Source: Octopus vulgaris
Taxonomy: Eukaryota
Reading direction: 5' to 3'
Assembly: GCA_951406725.2 (NCBI GenBank)
Contig: OX597819.1
Span: forward strand, 59,582,001 to 59,646,000
Length of the DNA: 64,000 bases
The number at the start of each line of letters is the position of its first letter. The first letter of the stretch is position 1. The position numbers and the translations under genes are program-made. This document shows positions 10,825-25,592 of the stretch, in pieces. A model generated the notes under the pieces. The model worked only from the letters and a program-made list of their open reading frames with translations, was not told where the DNA came from and did not search any database.

Positions 10825-13800
10825 GTCAGTAAAAGTTTTACTTTTCTTCATGAAAATAATCTAGCTTTTACAGTAAAGTTGTGGAATATGTACATAAACA
10901 ACAACCTCCGTTACAAAACGGAAGGGACCACTTAGAAATTTATGATAGACTTCCCAAACGTCTGCAAAAATCCCAAAGTATAGTATCTTATTGTTCTGTT
11001 TAATTAGTCTTCATAATACAAGCTCCCTCAGTTCATAAAGAAGATTTTTATCCTGCGGATGTGAAATCCCCGAATGTCTATAAAAATTTTAAGGTGCGCT
11101 GAGTTATTTCTATAAAATATACTATAGAACAGTAATTAACTCAGTTTAATTATTTTAGTGGGCACTCATGTAGGATGGTGATAATTAAACATACATATTC
11201 GACAACTTTACCGCTTTTTCTTTATATCTTATTGATTAACATATAAGGATAACGAGTACAAGATCTAGTTGTTTTTTTTTATCAATCTGTTTTTTATCAA
11301 TGTGTTTACTGTTTAGTTCATGATTGGGGCCATTTCGCTTAGGTTGTTAATGCTTTTGGGAAATTTTATCTATGTTACAACATCCCATCTTATTCTATTT
11401 TAAAAATAGGCTTTAGTACTTAAGATTTTTCAATTTGGTAATTGTGATTTCAAAAACAGTTCTTTTAACGTTTCTAACTTCGAATTCAGTTGCCGAGGAC
11501 ATTGTCAGGGTCAAAACGACAAGTATAGCACTGATTTCAATCCTTTACCCTTGCTTCTCCTTTAGAGTATTGACTTGTTAGAACAATTTTTTGTCTTTTT
11601 TTTTTTGTATTTCGTGTATCTATTTGCTTATATCTTTCATGTCCATTGAATGGATCTATTTACTTATGCTTTTATTGTTAAATAAAAATCTATTCCATCT
11701 AATATGGAACTTTAAAAAAAGTTTTACCTCACTTCCATTACACACCCACTTTTTCATCCAAGCTTTCTGTCTCCCGCTTTATACTTAGTCTGCTGATAAA
11801 TTTCCTCTCTGTTCCTTCTTCCGTCGTTATAGTTGCCCGTTTCTCATTTCAATTAACAGCATTTAAAATTTATTAGAGGGTCCCATGGCCAAATTTTTAT
11901 TAGGAAAGGAATGTATTTCATTGAATCAGTACCAGTGGGATTTCATGTATGATGGAACCGGCGGAATTTTAATTTTTTATTATATTCTATCCGACACTCG
12001 CCGCCCCGCTTTCGCACCCCTTTCGTTTCCCCATAAATTAATGGAACATTCCAAAATTCCGCCAAGTAACCAATATATTTCGAATATTGAACATATTTCT
12101 TATGTAGACACATTGTATGTTTCTGAATGAAAGATGATATTGAGTCGATCTGTATGTTGTACTTAACAAAATATTGAATCTGGCAGTTTAGTTTGCCGAA
12201 GGATAAAACTAAATGCTTTGTACAGCGTTAGTCAATCACTTTATGGTTTTCTATCGAATTACCACTATTTATTATAATTATTATTGTTACAATTAACCTT
12301 TTCTACACTCCAGGAATACACGAGTGAAAATGTTTATTTATAAACAACAGTATTTGTAATTTGTTTACTTGAAATAGAAATTCCATTGTTAAAGTTATTT
12401 TAAGATCATTGTATAAACAGAATGTCTTCAATTCTCTTATCAGCTTGTAATCTCAACGGTATCCAACACACGAATGAACTTACAAATATTACGAAAGTTG
12501 TACGGAATGCTGTGAACAAAAAATTCTTAATTGCTTGAAATACCTTTCTTTGTTGGAGAAAGAGAAAAATTTGGTTGCAGTTAGCAACTTTCAAAGGAAA
12601 GGAAAGACAATTTCAATAAATAAAGAATTAATTTTTTTGAAGTTGATTTACAAATTTAGGTTAAGAACAGTGATCCTCTCAACAAGCTGGATTAAACTCT
12701 TCTGTACTGATTAGTTATCCCTTGCTTGCTATCAGAATTACACTGTTTGCAAACTAGAGCATAACTATAGACATGTTTCCCTCTAAGCATATAAAGTTAC
12801 TTGAGAAAAATTCTTAATTTCTTGAAATTGTCTCCCCCTTTTTCTTTGAGTCGCTAACTTTTGTCATTCTGGTATTGTTCCAAGAAGGATATTTACTTAG
12901 ATAAGCTTCGACCAAAGTCGGCCCAGGCCATGTCTAATTTAATAGTACCACCTGGAAGAGATACACAGTCAGCTCTTGGGCACCATAGCCCATTCGAGAA
13001 GAGAAGGAATTTTTGTAGATAAGTTTCAGAATGTCACAATTACCCAATTTCACATCATTGGCATATTTAAGTTATTTGCTTTAACTTATACTAGCAGAGT
13101 TACCCGGCGTTCCCCGTGTTACATGCAATTGAAGAATTAGACTTTTCTGTAATGAACTGGAATACCTATGTTTCGAATATCATCAAAATTGCAGATGAGG
13201 GATATTTCCCTCTTTACACACCCTAAAAAAATTGTAATCGTGCCATATGTATCCCATACTACTGATTTTTATGCGCACATTCCAAAATTCCAGTCTTATA
13301 GAACCTGTTAAAAGGATTTTGCTCCTGAAAAATGGAGGTCATGGAGCTCTAAAATGTGGGAGTTAGGCCCCTATTGGGAGTGGGCGTCTTAATGTCAAGC
13401 AGAGAAGTTGAATTGTTGAGAATCTTTTTAACTCGGGTCCTATATCTATTGTTTGAATTTCTTTGAAATAGGAAATATATATTCACTGGGTTTGTAAAAG
13501 AGAGCAAAGCTACAGGAGACCAAAAGATGAATGATCACAATAAGCAGTCAGCTACAGCACCCTAGTCGTTATCACTCCCATTGTAGTATTCCTCACCATC
13601 CAGGTGACAGGCACAACCAGACTGCCTAGTGTTTTTTTTTTATTATTTTGATAAGCCTGGTACTTATTGTATCAGTTTCTTGTGAAACCAGTAAGTTTTG
13701 AGGCTGTAAATAAACGAACAGCAGCTGTGAAGCAGTGATGAGGGAGAAACACCAAGACACACACATAGACTTACATATATACATACATATATATACGATT

Positions 13801-16800
13801 GATTTCTTTCAGTTTCTGTCTACAAAATCCACTGAGAAGGCTTTGGTTGGTCTGAGGCTATAGCAGAAGACACATGCCAAGTCACCATACAGTGGGACTG
13901 AACCCAGGACCATGTGTTTTGGAACGAAGTTTGTTAGCACACAGCCACACCTGTACCTATGTATGTGTGTGTATGGGTGTATATATGTATGGGTGTATAT
14001 ATGTGTACATAATACATGTACATCTCTCTCTATATATATACATCTACACATATACATCTATACATATACAGCTATATATATATACATGTATATGTATACA
14101 TGTATATATATACATCCATATATATATACATGTGTATATATATATATATATAATCATCATCATCATCATCATTTAACGTCCGTTTTCCATGCTAGCATGG
14201 GTTGGACGGTTTTGACTGAGGGCTGGCAACCAGATGGCTGCACCAGGCTCCAGTCTTGATCTGGCAGAGTTTCTACAGCTGGACGCCCTTCCTAATGCCA
14301 ACCACTCCGAGAGTGTAGTGGGTGTTAAATTTAAAATAATAAGGGTGAAAATTTGAATATTAAATTGATTTATATCAATTTAAAACCAGTGGTGTAGCAT
14401 ATTGAAAAGTCTAAAGTTTCAGAAAAAATTATATTACATACATATAAGGGTGGTGTCCTGTAAGTGGACATCCATTATGCTAGAAGAAGATCCACTATGG
14501 ACTTACCATTCCTTTCTTAGTGGTAAGACCATAGCGGATCTTCTAGCAAAATGGATGTCCACTCTTAATGGTTCATCCCTCTTATATAATAGTTTCACTT
14601 TAACAGTTTCAGTATTAAAGTGAAAGCATCTGACATTACAATAGAGAGATGTTTCTGTTTCACTTTTAACACGTAATATTGAAATAGTGGAGAAGATATG
14701 ATATTGCTGTGGGCTCGCCCTAGGCAAGAAGTTGAACAATTGTTTGCCCATGACACTACATGGACCCTAAGTAAGGCATGTGTAAAATTTGAATGAAATT
14801 GCTTGTGTAGTTCTCAAGTTTTAGGGATTCACACAGACAGACACACATTCTCAGTTTTATATATATCTAGATTACTTTTAAATGCATGAGAATGCTGTAT
14901 AGTAGAGACTATAAGCTGGAGTTGATTACTTAGCCAATACATTTTAAAATAACTTTATCTACACAAACTAATGCCACAGGAAAGGATTGCAAAATGGAAT
15001 CTACAAGCAAAGTCAACCAGCAGGAGACCCGGGTGGTGGTAGAGGGGTAGGCCAAGAACAAGGTAGTTGCACGATATCCGCAGTCTCAGTTGCTCATGCT
15101 TGGAAGTCTGACAGACAAGTGTAATGATGGTTGCTTAAGATAGGACCGTAAAGAGGAAATATCTGAGGACTCTACTGCCACAATATTACCTTGCTTTGAA
15201 ACATGTGAGGGTTGATGACAGGAAAGGCATCCAACCATAGGAAATTTATCTCAACAAATTCTATTTGACCTATGCAAGCAAGGGAAAAAAAGGTACAGAA
15301 ATAAATATAGCAAAGCTTTATGCCAGATGGAAGCTTTGAGCCTGTGGATCATCCTGAATTATTTGACAGTTTAATTTTGCTCAAGTATTTATTTGAGATT
15401 ACCTATGACACATGATAATGGATTAAATTAAATTAAACATCAGCTGAACTGAAACTGTTTTTTTTTTCTCCTCCACTTTTGAACTCCTTCTGACTAAACA
15501 AGGATAAAATAGACAAATATTTATAAGTTTTATTGCATATCTTTCAGTACATCTAATCCACTGATCCATCTATTTCCTCTTAGCCAGCAATGTTTATATT
15601 ATTATTATCATCATTATGAGTCAACTCATTCTAATGGCTGACACTGTCTCTGTCTGTCTGTCTGTCTCTCTCACTCTTCTCATATATATCTGTGTGATTC
15701 TGTATTTGTTTGTCTGACTCAGGACAGTGGTAAACTATCCAGCTGCCAACCTGTTGTTCAAATTTTAGTTCACCTGTTTGATAATTGTATATAACATTTC
15801 CTCTAATAAATGTATGAGATGGATATAGAATTAAATAAATAAATAAATCAATAAAATTATTTTCCCTTGACAATCATTGGCCATTTGTGATTTGTCAGTG
15901 TTTCTTGGTGAGAGGGGAGGAAAGGGGATTTTTAATGTACCTTTCTTTATTTATATCTGACTCATGATTTTTGAGTGACGAAGTTAGAGAACAGCGAACT
16001 TGTACACCTGTTTTGTCTACTATTATAAATGCAAAAACAACAGGTGTAATAAAAAGAATTACAATAATGACATCACACACTAACATGTATGCACATATAC
16101 ATTTGAGTGCATGCGTGGAATATATTATGAAGTAAGAGGTACACTTTATTATTATTATTACTATTATTAATTCATTATTTTATATCCCTTTTAATATGTT
16201 GGTAGGGTGTCTCTTCAGATTTGTTGGGTTGTGTTGTTATAGTGGTGGTAGAAAAGTTGGAAGTCGATAAAATTTTAAGCAGCATATTGGCTGAGTCGTC
16301 AGAGCATCAGATAAATGTTTCATGGTATTTGTTTGTTCTGACTCTCTGCATTCTGAGTTCAAATCTCACCAAGTTCAATTTCACCTTTCATCCTTTCAAG
16401 GCTGAATATGAAGAAAAATAAATAAATAAATAAAGGTATCAATCCAGGATAATGGATTGGTGGAACTGTAGAGAATGTTGAACCAGATACCTTGTGTTTT
16501 TGTACTAGTTCTTTTTATTCTGAGTTCAAATTCCACCCTGGCCTACTTGGTTACTAGACTTAATCCACCATCTGGTGCCTTTAGTATTTTTAAACAGTGT
16601 CCACTCTATTACAAAATTCTGACCTGGTCTCTGGTTGGGAGATACTGTTCTCCTTCTTTCTTACTTGTCTCAGAGGATGCTGGCATGGGTTGGATGGTCT
16701 GATAGGAACTGGCCAGCCAGAGAACTGCACCAAGCTCTTTCGACGACTGGATGCCCTTGCTAATGCCAACCACTTTACAGAGTGGACTGGGTGCTTTTTA

Positions 16801-19800
16801 TGTGGCACCAGCATGGATGCTTTTTACATGATACCGGAACCAGTGGGGTACAAGTAGCTTGCAAGACAAAGGCCTCTCAGATGATAAGGAGTGGAATTGA
16901 AAGATGGTGGCTTAGCAGCATTTCGTCTGCCATTATGTTCTGAGTTCAAATTCTGCTGAGGTCGACTTTGCCTTTCATCTTTTCGGGGTTGATAAATTAA
17001 GTACCATTTACGCGCTGGGGTCGAGTATAGGTAGTAGAGGGCATAGAATGGGATGTTCTATAAGAGTGTATGAGCAGAGTCTGCTTTGGCATAGTTTTTA
17101 CGGCTGGATGCCCTTCCTAATACAAACCACTTTACAGTGTGGGCTGGGTGTTTTTATGTGGCACCAGCACTGGTGAGGTCCCCTTTGGCATGGTTTTTAC
17201 AGCTAGAATCCTTAATACCAACTTCTTTACAGAGTGTCCATGTATAATATACAATGAAAAAATACCCTGCAGTTGTGATAGCCAATAAAATAGAAATAAA
17301 ATTTTAAGATTTATTCTTTCTGTGCAGCCTGGTCCTAATTGATCCACAGCCTTGTGACTAGGGATCCTTACTATACAGGATCACTGCCTAATTTACTGTG
17401 AAATAAAAGAAAAACAATGGAATATTATTAAAAGTAAAGAGTTTTTACAAATTGGTGGCCCATGGGATAGGAATGCTAGATTCAGGAAAGAAATTGATTG
17501 AGAGCAAGAATTTGATGCTAATTTCTCGGTAGTCCATGGATAAAAAGGGCTTAATACAGTATTCTAAATTTTGGTATTTCTGTTTTTGGGATTTGAGAAT
17601 ATTTTCAAGTCACAAGTGTCAAAATAATTTTAGGGGTACATTTTGATGTTAATTGACAGTGAAATATTACTTTACATGGAAACAGATGATGGTTGGTGAC
17701 TGGAAGGGCATCTGGCTGTAGAAAATCTGCCTCCATAAATTCCATCCAACCCCTGCAAGCATGGAAAAGTGGATGTTAAATTGATGATAATGATGCAGTA
17801 CTTAATGGGATATCTGTTATCTGAAGATCTTGAAATCAAGAATGTTTATAGTTTATCTTCTTTATGCAGCAATGTCTTAATTAGACTTGACACTTATTTT
17901 TCTTACAAGAAATGGAATTTGTTGCTGTTGCTTATCCCCTTGCCATCTCTGATGGAGCAAACCCATGATTAAAGGTATTCCAGACATGACCATCCTATCT
18001 AATGTATTCTTTCCATACGTAGATTTAATCCGTCACTCGGTTTAACGTCATCAGGTGGCCTTTGGGTGCTGTGAGTGGAGTCCACTCTGTTGCAAACATT
18101 TTGTCTGTGTGTCTGGTCTGAGGATAATATTGTCCCATCAGTAAATAGCCCCCAAAATGGTAAACATGCAGGAGCCCGATTATGCGTGTCGTGTGTGTAT
18201 CTACATTTATGTTCTGTAACTTAGTGGTTTGTCAAACAGAATTCAATTGAATAAGCACTGGGATTGATGTAACCAACTAAACCTTTCATGGCTGTGCTCC
18301 AATGACTGAAAACAGTAAAAGAAAGAATGAAATAAGCTGAAGCTGCTTTGAGGTTCTTAATTTTCTTGGTTGTTGGTAAAATATTTTTTTAGTATCTGCA
18401 AAGGCACATGACTTAGCGGTTAGGATATTCAGCTCATGATCGTAGGGTTGTGAGTTCAGTTCCTGACAGCACATTGTATTTTTGAGTTACACAATATATT
18501 TTACAATGTAAGGCAGGGAGCTGGCAAAATTGTTAGCACACCAGGCAAAATGCTTAGTGGTGTTTTATCTGTCTTTACATTCTGAGTTCAAATTTTGCTG
18601 AGATCAACTTTGCCTCTTTTAAATACAGTTCTAAGTAACCTGACTAATAATTCACTAAAGATTTTTCTCTTGTTCCAGAAGAAGACATATCTGCTGGCCA
18701 GCTAACCTCTGTAATGGTGCATGACTTTTGTTTCTTGTCTCATAGAACAATATCAGATAGTTCTGTAAGGTGGTGAGCTGGCAGAATTGTTAGCACACCA
18801 GGCAAAATGCTTAGTGGTGTTTCATCTGTCTTTACGTTCTGAGTTCAAATTCTGCCGAGGTCGACTTTGCCTCTCATCCATTCGGGGTCGATAAATTAAG
18901 TACCAGTTGCATACTGGGGTCGATCTAATCGACTGGGCCCCTTCCCACCAAATTTCAGGTCTTGTGCCTAGAGTAGAAAAGAATATATTTCACATTGTTC
19001 CAATTCACTCAGCTGGCAAAAATTGAGTTGTACCTGTAATTCAAAGGGCTAACCTTGTCATATTTTGTGTCACTCTAAATCTCCCTGAGAACTGCATTAG
19101 AGGTGCGTGTCTGTGTATTGTTCAGTTACTTGCATGTTATTTCATTAGCAGGCTGTTCTGTTGATTGGATCAACTGGAACCCTTGTTATAGTAACTGACA
19201 GAGTACCAGTACTATTAAATACCTGTAGTCATGGAAGGTAGACATAAACCATCACAAGGCATAACACCATTACCTGATCTTTGGCAGAGTCCACTCTACT
19301 GAAAGCATTGATGTCATGTCTCTATCGTGAGGATAACTTGGTCTCACCAGTCAATGGCCCTAAAGAGGCTCATATCATTATCCTTCCTCCTCTAACTAAA
19401 CAAACAAAAAAAAAAAGATATGATTTGAGAAAGATTTGGCTCTTATTTCTAATAGGTCATCTAAGCTTCTTGCAAAGGAACGCATTCTTCTGTAAGAAGA
19501 GAAATTTAATTCGTATTTTTATTATCTAAGAATGTGAAAAACATTACTTCATCTCATCCACATGATCTTAGTTCTATCAAGTTATAATCTTTTCTTCTGA
19601 CTTAGATAAGGAATATCAGGGCTCATGACCTTTGCTGGCTCCCTCCCTACTCCAAACTTTTAACTCTTTAAGATTAATGTAGCTGATGCACAATGTGAAC
19701 AATATGCAGGTCAATGACTGCAGAAAATCGTGAGTGAGAAATCATTGTCACATATTGAAAACATTACTGTTTGAAATATTTCTCCGTCTATTATGATTTT

Positions 19801-20953
19801 TATTGAAAACAATATCGAGTTCCTGCATTAACTGTGACGATGTTATATTGACAGAGTTAAAACTAAATTCATCCCATTTTATTAGTGACTATTGTGTTGG
19901 TCCAAAGTGACATGTATGGTATATCTTTGATGATTTATCATTTTTCATGTTTCAAGTTAGAAATAGTTACATAGCATGTTATGAAATATTGTGTCACTGA
20001 TTCCACTGAAAAATATTTTTAGTCTCGTGGCTTCTATTTCCTTTAGTAGTGCTTCTCAGGCAGTTTTTAACAAGTCTGGCTGTTTGGTAAAAACTTCGCT
20101 TCCCAACACAGTTTCAGCTTCAGTCCAAATTCTGTGGCACCTTGGGCAGATGTCTTCCATTACAGCCCTGAGCCAACCAAAGCCTTGTTGGTGGATTTGG
20201 TAGATGGAAACTGAAAGAAGCCCATTATGTATGTATGTTACTGTCTCTTTGCTTTGACATCATGTGACAGTTGTAAATGAGTGTCACCATTGTGCAAGCG
20301 GTACCCTTGGTTTCCAGTCTTCTGCAGACACATGTCCAGCCATGGGGGAAATATTACCATACTTGGAAACAGGTGTAGGTTGGTGACTGGAAAGGCATCT
20401 GCCTCAATAAATTCAGTCTAAAGAGGAGTGTAGTGGCCTAGCTTCGCATGAAACTTTTGGGGCGGTGGGGCACTTCAGTTGTAGTAAATTGATGGAGTTG
20501 TTAGATTGTAAAATAAAATTCCTTGAGATATTTGTTCTAGCTTCTTGCATTGTGAGTTCAAATCCTGCTAAGTTCACTTTTGTCTTTCAGCCTTTCAGGG
20601 TCAATGAAATAAAGTACCTCTCTGGAATGGTTGATTGTAGAAATTGTCAGAGCATAAGATAGGGTACCTTGTGGTATTTTTTTCCAACTCTTTGTGTTGC
20701 AAGTTCCACTGTCTGGTTTAACACCACCACCTAGACTTTGAGTGCCTTTAGCTGAGTTCATTCTATTTAGGCCAGATTGCAATCTCCCTCCCTCTTTTCC
20801 ATGAAAAATTAAAGGATCATAGTTGCTACCCTTCTCTCTTTGACTAAGTATAGATGATAATGGGATCAAACCTGGAACCTTGAGTTTGAGAAGAGATGTT
20901 TTTTTTACTGCTCTACCATGCCCCATTAAATATAGATAGAGACACACACATAT

Positions 20954-20985
<32 letters not shown>

Positions 20986-23900
20986 CCACATACATTCATT
21001 CATTTGATTGTCTACAATAGTTTGGTGCAAAACAATATATACAAATATATAAACATTTATATAGTAGTAACTGATGGAGAACAAAAGCAACAGCAGGTAA
21101 GCAAAACAGTTACAGTAAACTGATACAATCAATGTATGTACATGTATAAATGATGGAGCTTCATTCGATTATTGCTTAGCTTTATAAAATTGTTGCTGAA
21201 AGGAGTCTAGCCATGAACATATCCTGTCCTTGTTTTAGACATATCATGTTCTTCCTTTTTTATGATCTAGATCAGTAATTCTCAACCGGAATCCATATGA
21301 CCCTTGATGGTCCATATAAGATTTTGTTAAAATTTATGTCCAGTAAACTGGTTATATTTCTATAATGCACAAAATATTTTAACAATTTTTTTTTATACAA
21401 TTTCTAATAATATTCCATTATAAAAATATGATAGGGTTTTTTCAAGCATTGAAATAGCTATGCAGGTCCACTTGAGTAAAATATGAATCAAAAAGATCCA
21501 TAGGTAAAAAGTGGTTGAGAACCACTGATCTAGAGTGCTTAAGGGGCTATTATTATTTCTAGCAAGTTGAGCTGTCATGCAGAAGATCTCTTGTTGGTTC
21601 ACTGTTTGATGTGGTTTAGCTTCTAGGTTCAAAGGTTTTCTAGCTTTGATCATCTGGCTTTTTTTTGTTGATTTTTTTTTTAAGCATTGCTTATCTAGGG
21701 CTACATTAATCAGTGTATCTCCCTTTTTCAAGACAGTTGGGTGTAATTTAAAAGGACTTTAGTTGCTATTTGAAGCTCTAACTTACTCTATAGAGGGTTC
21801 CCTCATTCGTTGCACCATATATTTTCTGTTTTCTTAAGTGTATCACAACCCCTACATCATGCTATACCAGAAGATATATATATACACATGCTTAGGAGAT
21901 AAGGATATTTATTGTTATGGTTACAACAACTCGTAACAATCAAGCCACTTTTCATAAATTATTTATTTACTTACTTTTGCTGTAGTCATAGGAGTGAGCG
22001 GTAGTAAGAGTAGAACTAGTGAAGCATGAAAGGGGTGTGGATTACTTTACGTTATATAATGATTCATTACTTTTATTTCAAGTATGGACAGTGTAGAAGG
22101 CAGACTTCTTAGTGCAATGAACAAAACGCTTTGTCATATTTAGATACATCCCCTTACACACTGAGTTCAAATTCTGCCTATTTCGCCTTTTACCTTTCAA
22201 CCATCCAGAGTCAATTAAATAAGTATGAGTAACCCTAACATAATCCTATCACTCCCAAAATGTACAGCTTTGTGCCTTTGTTAGCAAACAACAATATTGT
22301 TGTTGTTGTCTGGGTATTGGATTAGTAGAATCATTAGAACATCAGAAAAATGTGGTGTGGTAATTGTTCCAGCCCTTTACATGCTAAGTCTAAATCCTGC
22401 TAGGATCAACTTTGCCTGTCTTCCTTTTGAGGTCAATAAAATAAAGTACCAGTTAAGTACTGAGATCACTGGTATTGGCTAATTATTTCACCGTATTGGC
22501 TAATTATTTCACCATAGAATTATTGGCCTTGTACCAAAATCAAAAGCATTATTATTATTATTATTGTTATTATATTGTCTTTGCACAGCTTTTAATGCTG
22601 GTGATGTACTATGGTGTCAGCTGTTCACTACTAGGGAACTAAGGTAACACCCCTCGTTTTTCAAGCACCATCTGGAGTATCTGAGCAGTTTCTGCAAGTG
22701 CTCCACGTTTATTGCAGCCCCTATTTGTTTTGAAGAGGGCAATTGCCTTAGTTATCAGGGTGATTGTGGTTTTGTGGGATTTCCAGGCATAACCCTTGGA
22801 TGTTTCTTTCCTTTTGGGAAATTTTTCTTTGTTATTTGTTTTTTTATATCCTTTTTTACACACTTATTATGTAATTTCACACCATATTATTATTATTATT
22901 ATTATTATTATTTATGGCTTTTTCTTCTTTCAAATTTGCTTCCATTTCTTGCCGAGTGTCTTCCCGACTCCTAGGGCAAAGAAACTCATAGTATACATTG
23001 GTAGGCCATTAAACTAAACTCACTAGTTCGTTCATTTTTTTTTTTTTTTGATAGAAATAAATTTAAATTAAAATACATGGGTAGTAATAGTTCTCACATC
23101 GACAATGCTCTTCTCAATACGTGTGATGTACCAGTTAAGACAATCTTTTGCACTTCTTACAGGGATGGTAAGCCAGGGATCATTCTCATATAATTTTCGG
23201 TTCCCTTCTTGATCATTCCTAGTGCTCCTACGATCACTGGTATTGTAACTGCCTTGAGATGCCACATTTTCTCAATTTCAATGAGCAGGTCTTTATATTT
23301 TCTGAGCTTGTCAAATTCTTTATTATTATTATTATTATTATTTTATGTTTAAGAATAAAGATATTGTAAGTCAGATCTGACTGGGCCTGACGAAGCCTTC
23401 CAGCTTCACAGACCCCAGTTGACCTGTCCAACCCATGCTAGCATGGAAAACGGACGCTAAACGATGATGATGATGATGATAAGTCAGAATCAGAGTCAGT
23501 ATAGTTTTACTGACTTCGACTCCACAGCCCTGGTGGCATGCATGGTTAAGTGAATACTGCTCTAAATATGTATCTGTAGAATGGAGGACAACTTGGAGAG
23601 GGCACTTACCTTAGTTATCAGGGTGATAGTGGTTTTGTGGAATTCCCAGGAGTAGCCCTTGGATGTTTCCTTCCTTTTTCCTTTTGGGAAATTTTTCTTT
23701 GAAGTTTTTTTTTTTATATCCCTTTTTACCCACTTCTTATGTAATCTTACACCATTCTCTGCCCTGTATTGTTCTCCTCAAATCACAATCAAATGGAAAT
23801 TTGCAGTTGTGGCTGATACCAGTGCTGGTGGCACACAATAAACACCATTCATGTGTGGGTCATTGCCAGAGCTGCCTGACTGGTTCCCCATGCCAGTGGC

Positions 23901-25503
23901 ACATAAAAAGCACCATACGAACGTGGCCGTTGCCAGTGCTGGTGGCACGTAAAAAGCACCCACTATACTCTCGGAGTGGTTGGCATTTGGAAGGGCATCC
24001 AGCTGTAGAAACATATCCAGATCAGTTTGGAGCCTGGTGCAGCCTCCTAGCTTGCCAGTCCTCAGTCAAACTGTCCAACTCATGCCAGCATGGAAAGCGG
24101 ACGTTAAACGATGATGATGGTGATGATATTTGGTTACACCCATTTATATTACTTACGTTCTGAGATTGACTTTGTATTTCATTGTTCCATCAAAACAAAT
24201 GGCACTCCGTTGGTTACAACACTGAAGGTTCCATTTGATCTGATCAACGGAACAGCCTGCTCATGGAATTAACATACAAGTGGACAATGGACAAGCACTC
24301 CACAGACACACATGCCCTTAACGTAGTTCCAAGGAATATTCAGATTGACACAGAGTGTGTCAAAGCTGGCCCTTTGAAATACCAGGTACCACTCATTTTT
24401 GCCAGCTGAGTGAACTGGGGCAATATGAATTAAAATGTCTTGCTCAAGCTCAGAACAGGCTACCAGGTATCAAACTTATAACCTTACAATTATGAGATGA
24501 ATAACCTGTCCTCTTAGCCATGCACCTTCACTAACCTTCTACATCACTCTCACCATTATAAGAAAACCTGCAAGTGTTGAATATTACCTTTGCTTTTCTG
24601 ATTAAATAGTAAACAAGATATATGAGGTGGGGCTGAAAAGTTCCTGGCTTTAAGGGTATCATGAAGGGTCTGGTTGGAGGCTCAACCATCCAAGTTTTTT
24701 TTACAGGGCTTAGAAAAAGTGAAGGGCTACTGCAATAAGTGTGTGAATCTTAGAAGGGGAATATGTTGAATAAAATCATAATTAAATGATCCTCCTGTAT
24801 TTTCTTTTACCCAAGGTCAGGAACTTTTCAGTACTTCCTTATATAATGGAACAAATTCATAAATAAGTGTTGTCAGTCAGGTAGACTGAGGTTAACAGAG
24901 TTACTTGATTTGTACAAGAGCGCATTACTGATTATAGTGAAATTTAACCATTTAACATGAAATTTAACCCTTTTGACATCAACCCAGCTGGATTCTCTGA
25001 TACAAACATCATTTTAAGTAACCTAGATTTAAACTTTTCGACAAAATTTCATGTTAGTTTATGTTTCAAATGCCATCATAATAATGACGCAGTTATTTTC
25101 CTAAATTCTTCATGATTTTCAAAATTATCTGAGACAAAATCCTTGTATTTCAAACAGGAATGTGATAACAAAAGGATTGAACATAGCAACACAGTACTTT
25201 TATCTATCAACAAATGTTTTCTTTGTATTATTGATAAAAAAAAAAAATTCATGTTTTTTATGTTTAGAATTTTACATTAGTTGCACTAAAGTCTTTTTTG
25301 TTGTTCTTTTTTAATATAATAATTAAAATCTACTTGTAGGTAATTCAGATAATGTAAAATGTCAGCTGCTGAATCTCCTTGGAAGATTTCCTGCCAATAC
25401 CATGATCTGCCCTATTTATACAGACTGGAAAAATCTTAAAGTAAGTTATTCAATAAAGCTGCACATACATATATTCACACACACACACGCATGCATGTGT
25501 ATA

Positions 25504-25592
<89 letters not shown>

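Noticed and set aside
18679-21096. Extra MTBP exons at 18679, ~19674-19729 and 21065-21096
   Set aside because: Splice-like signals but no MTBP similarity; exons 2 and 3 already join in phase; the 18679 segment lies inside a SINE insertion
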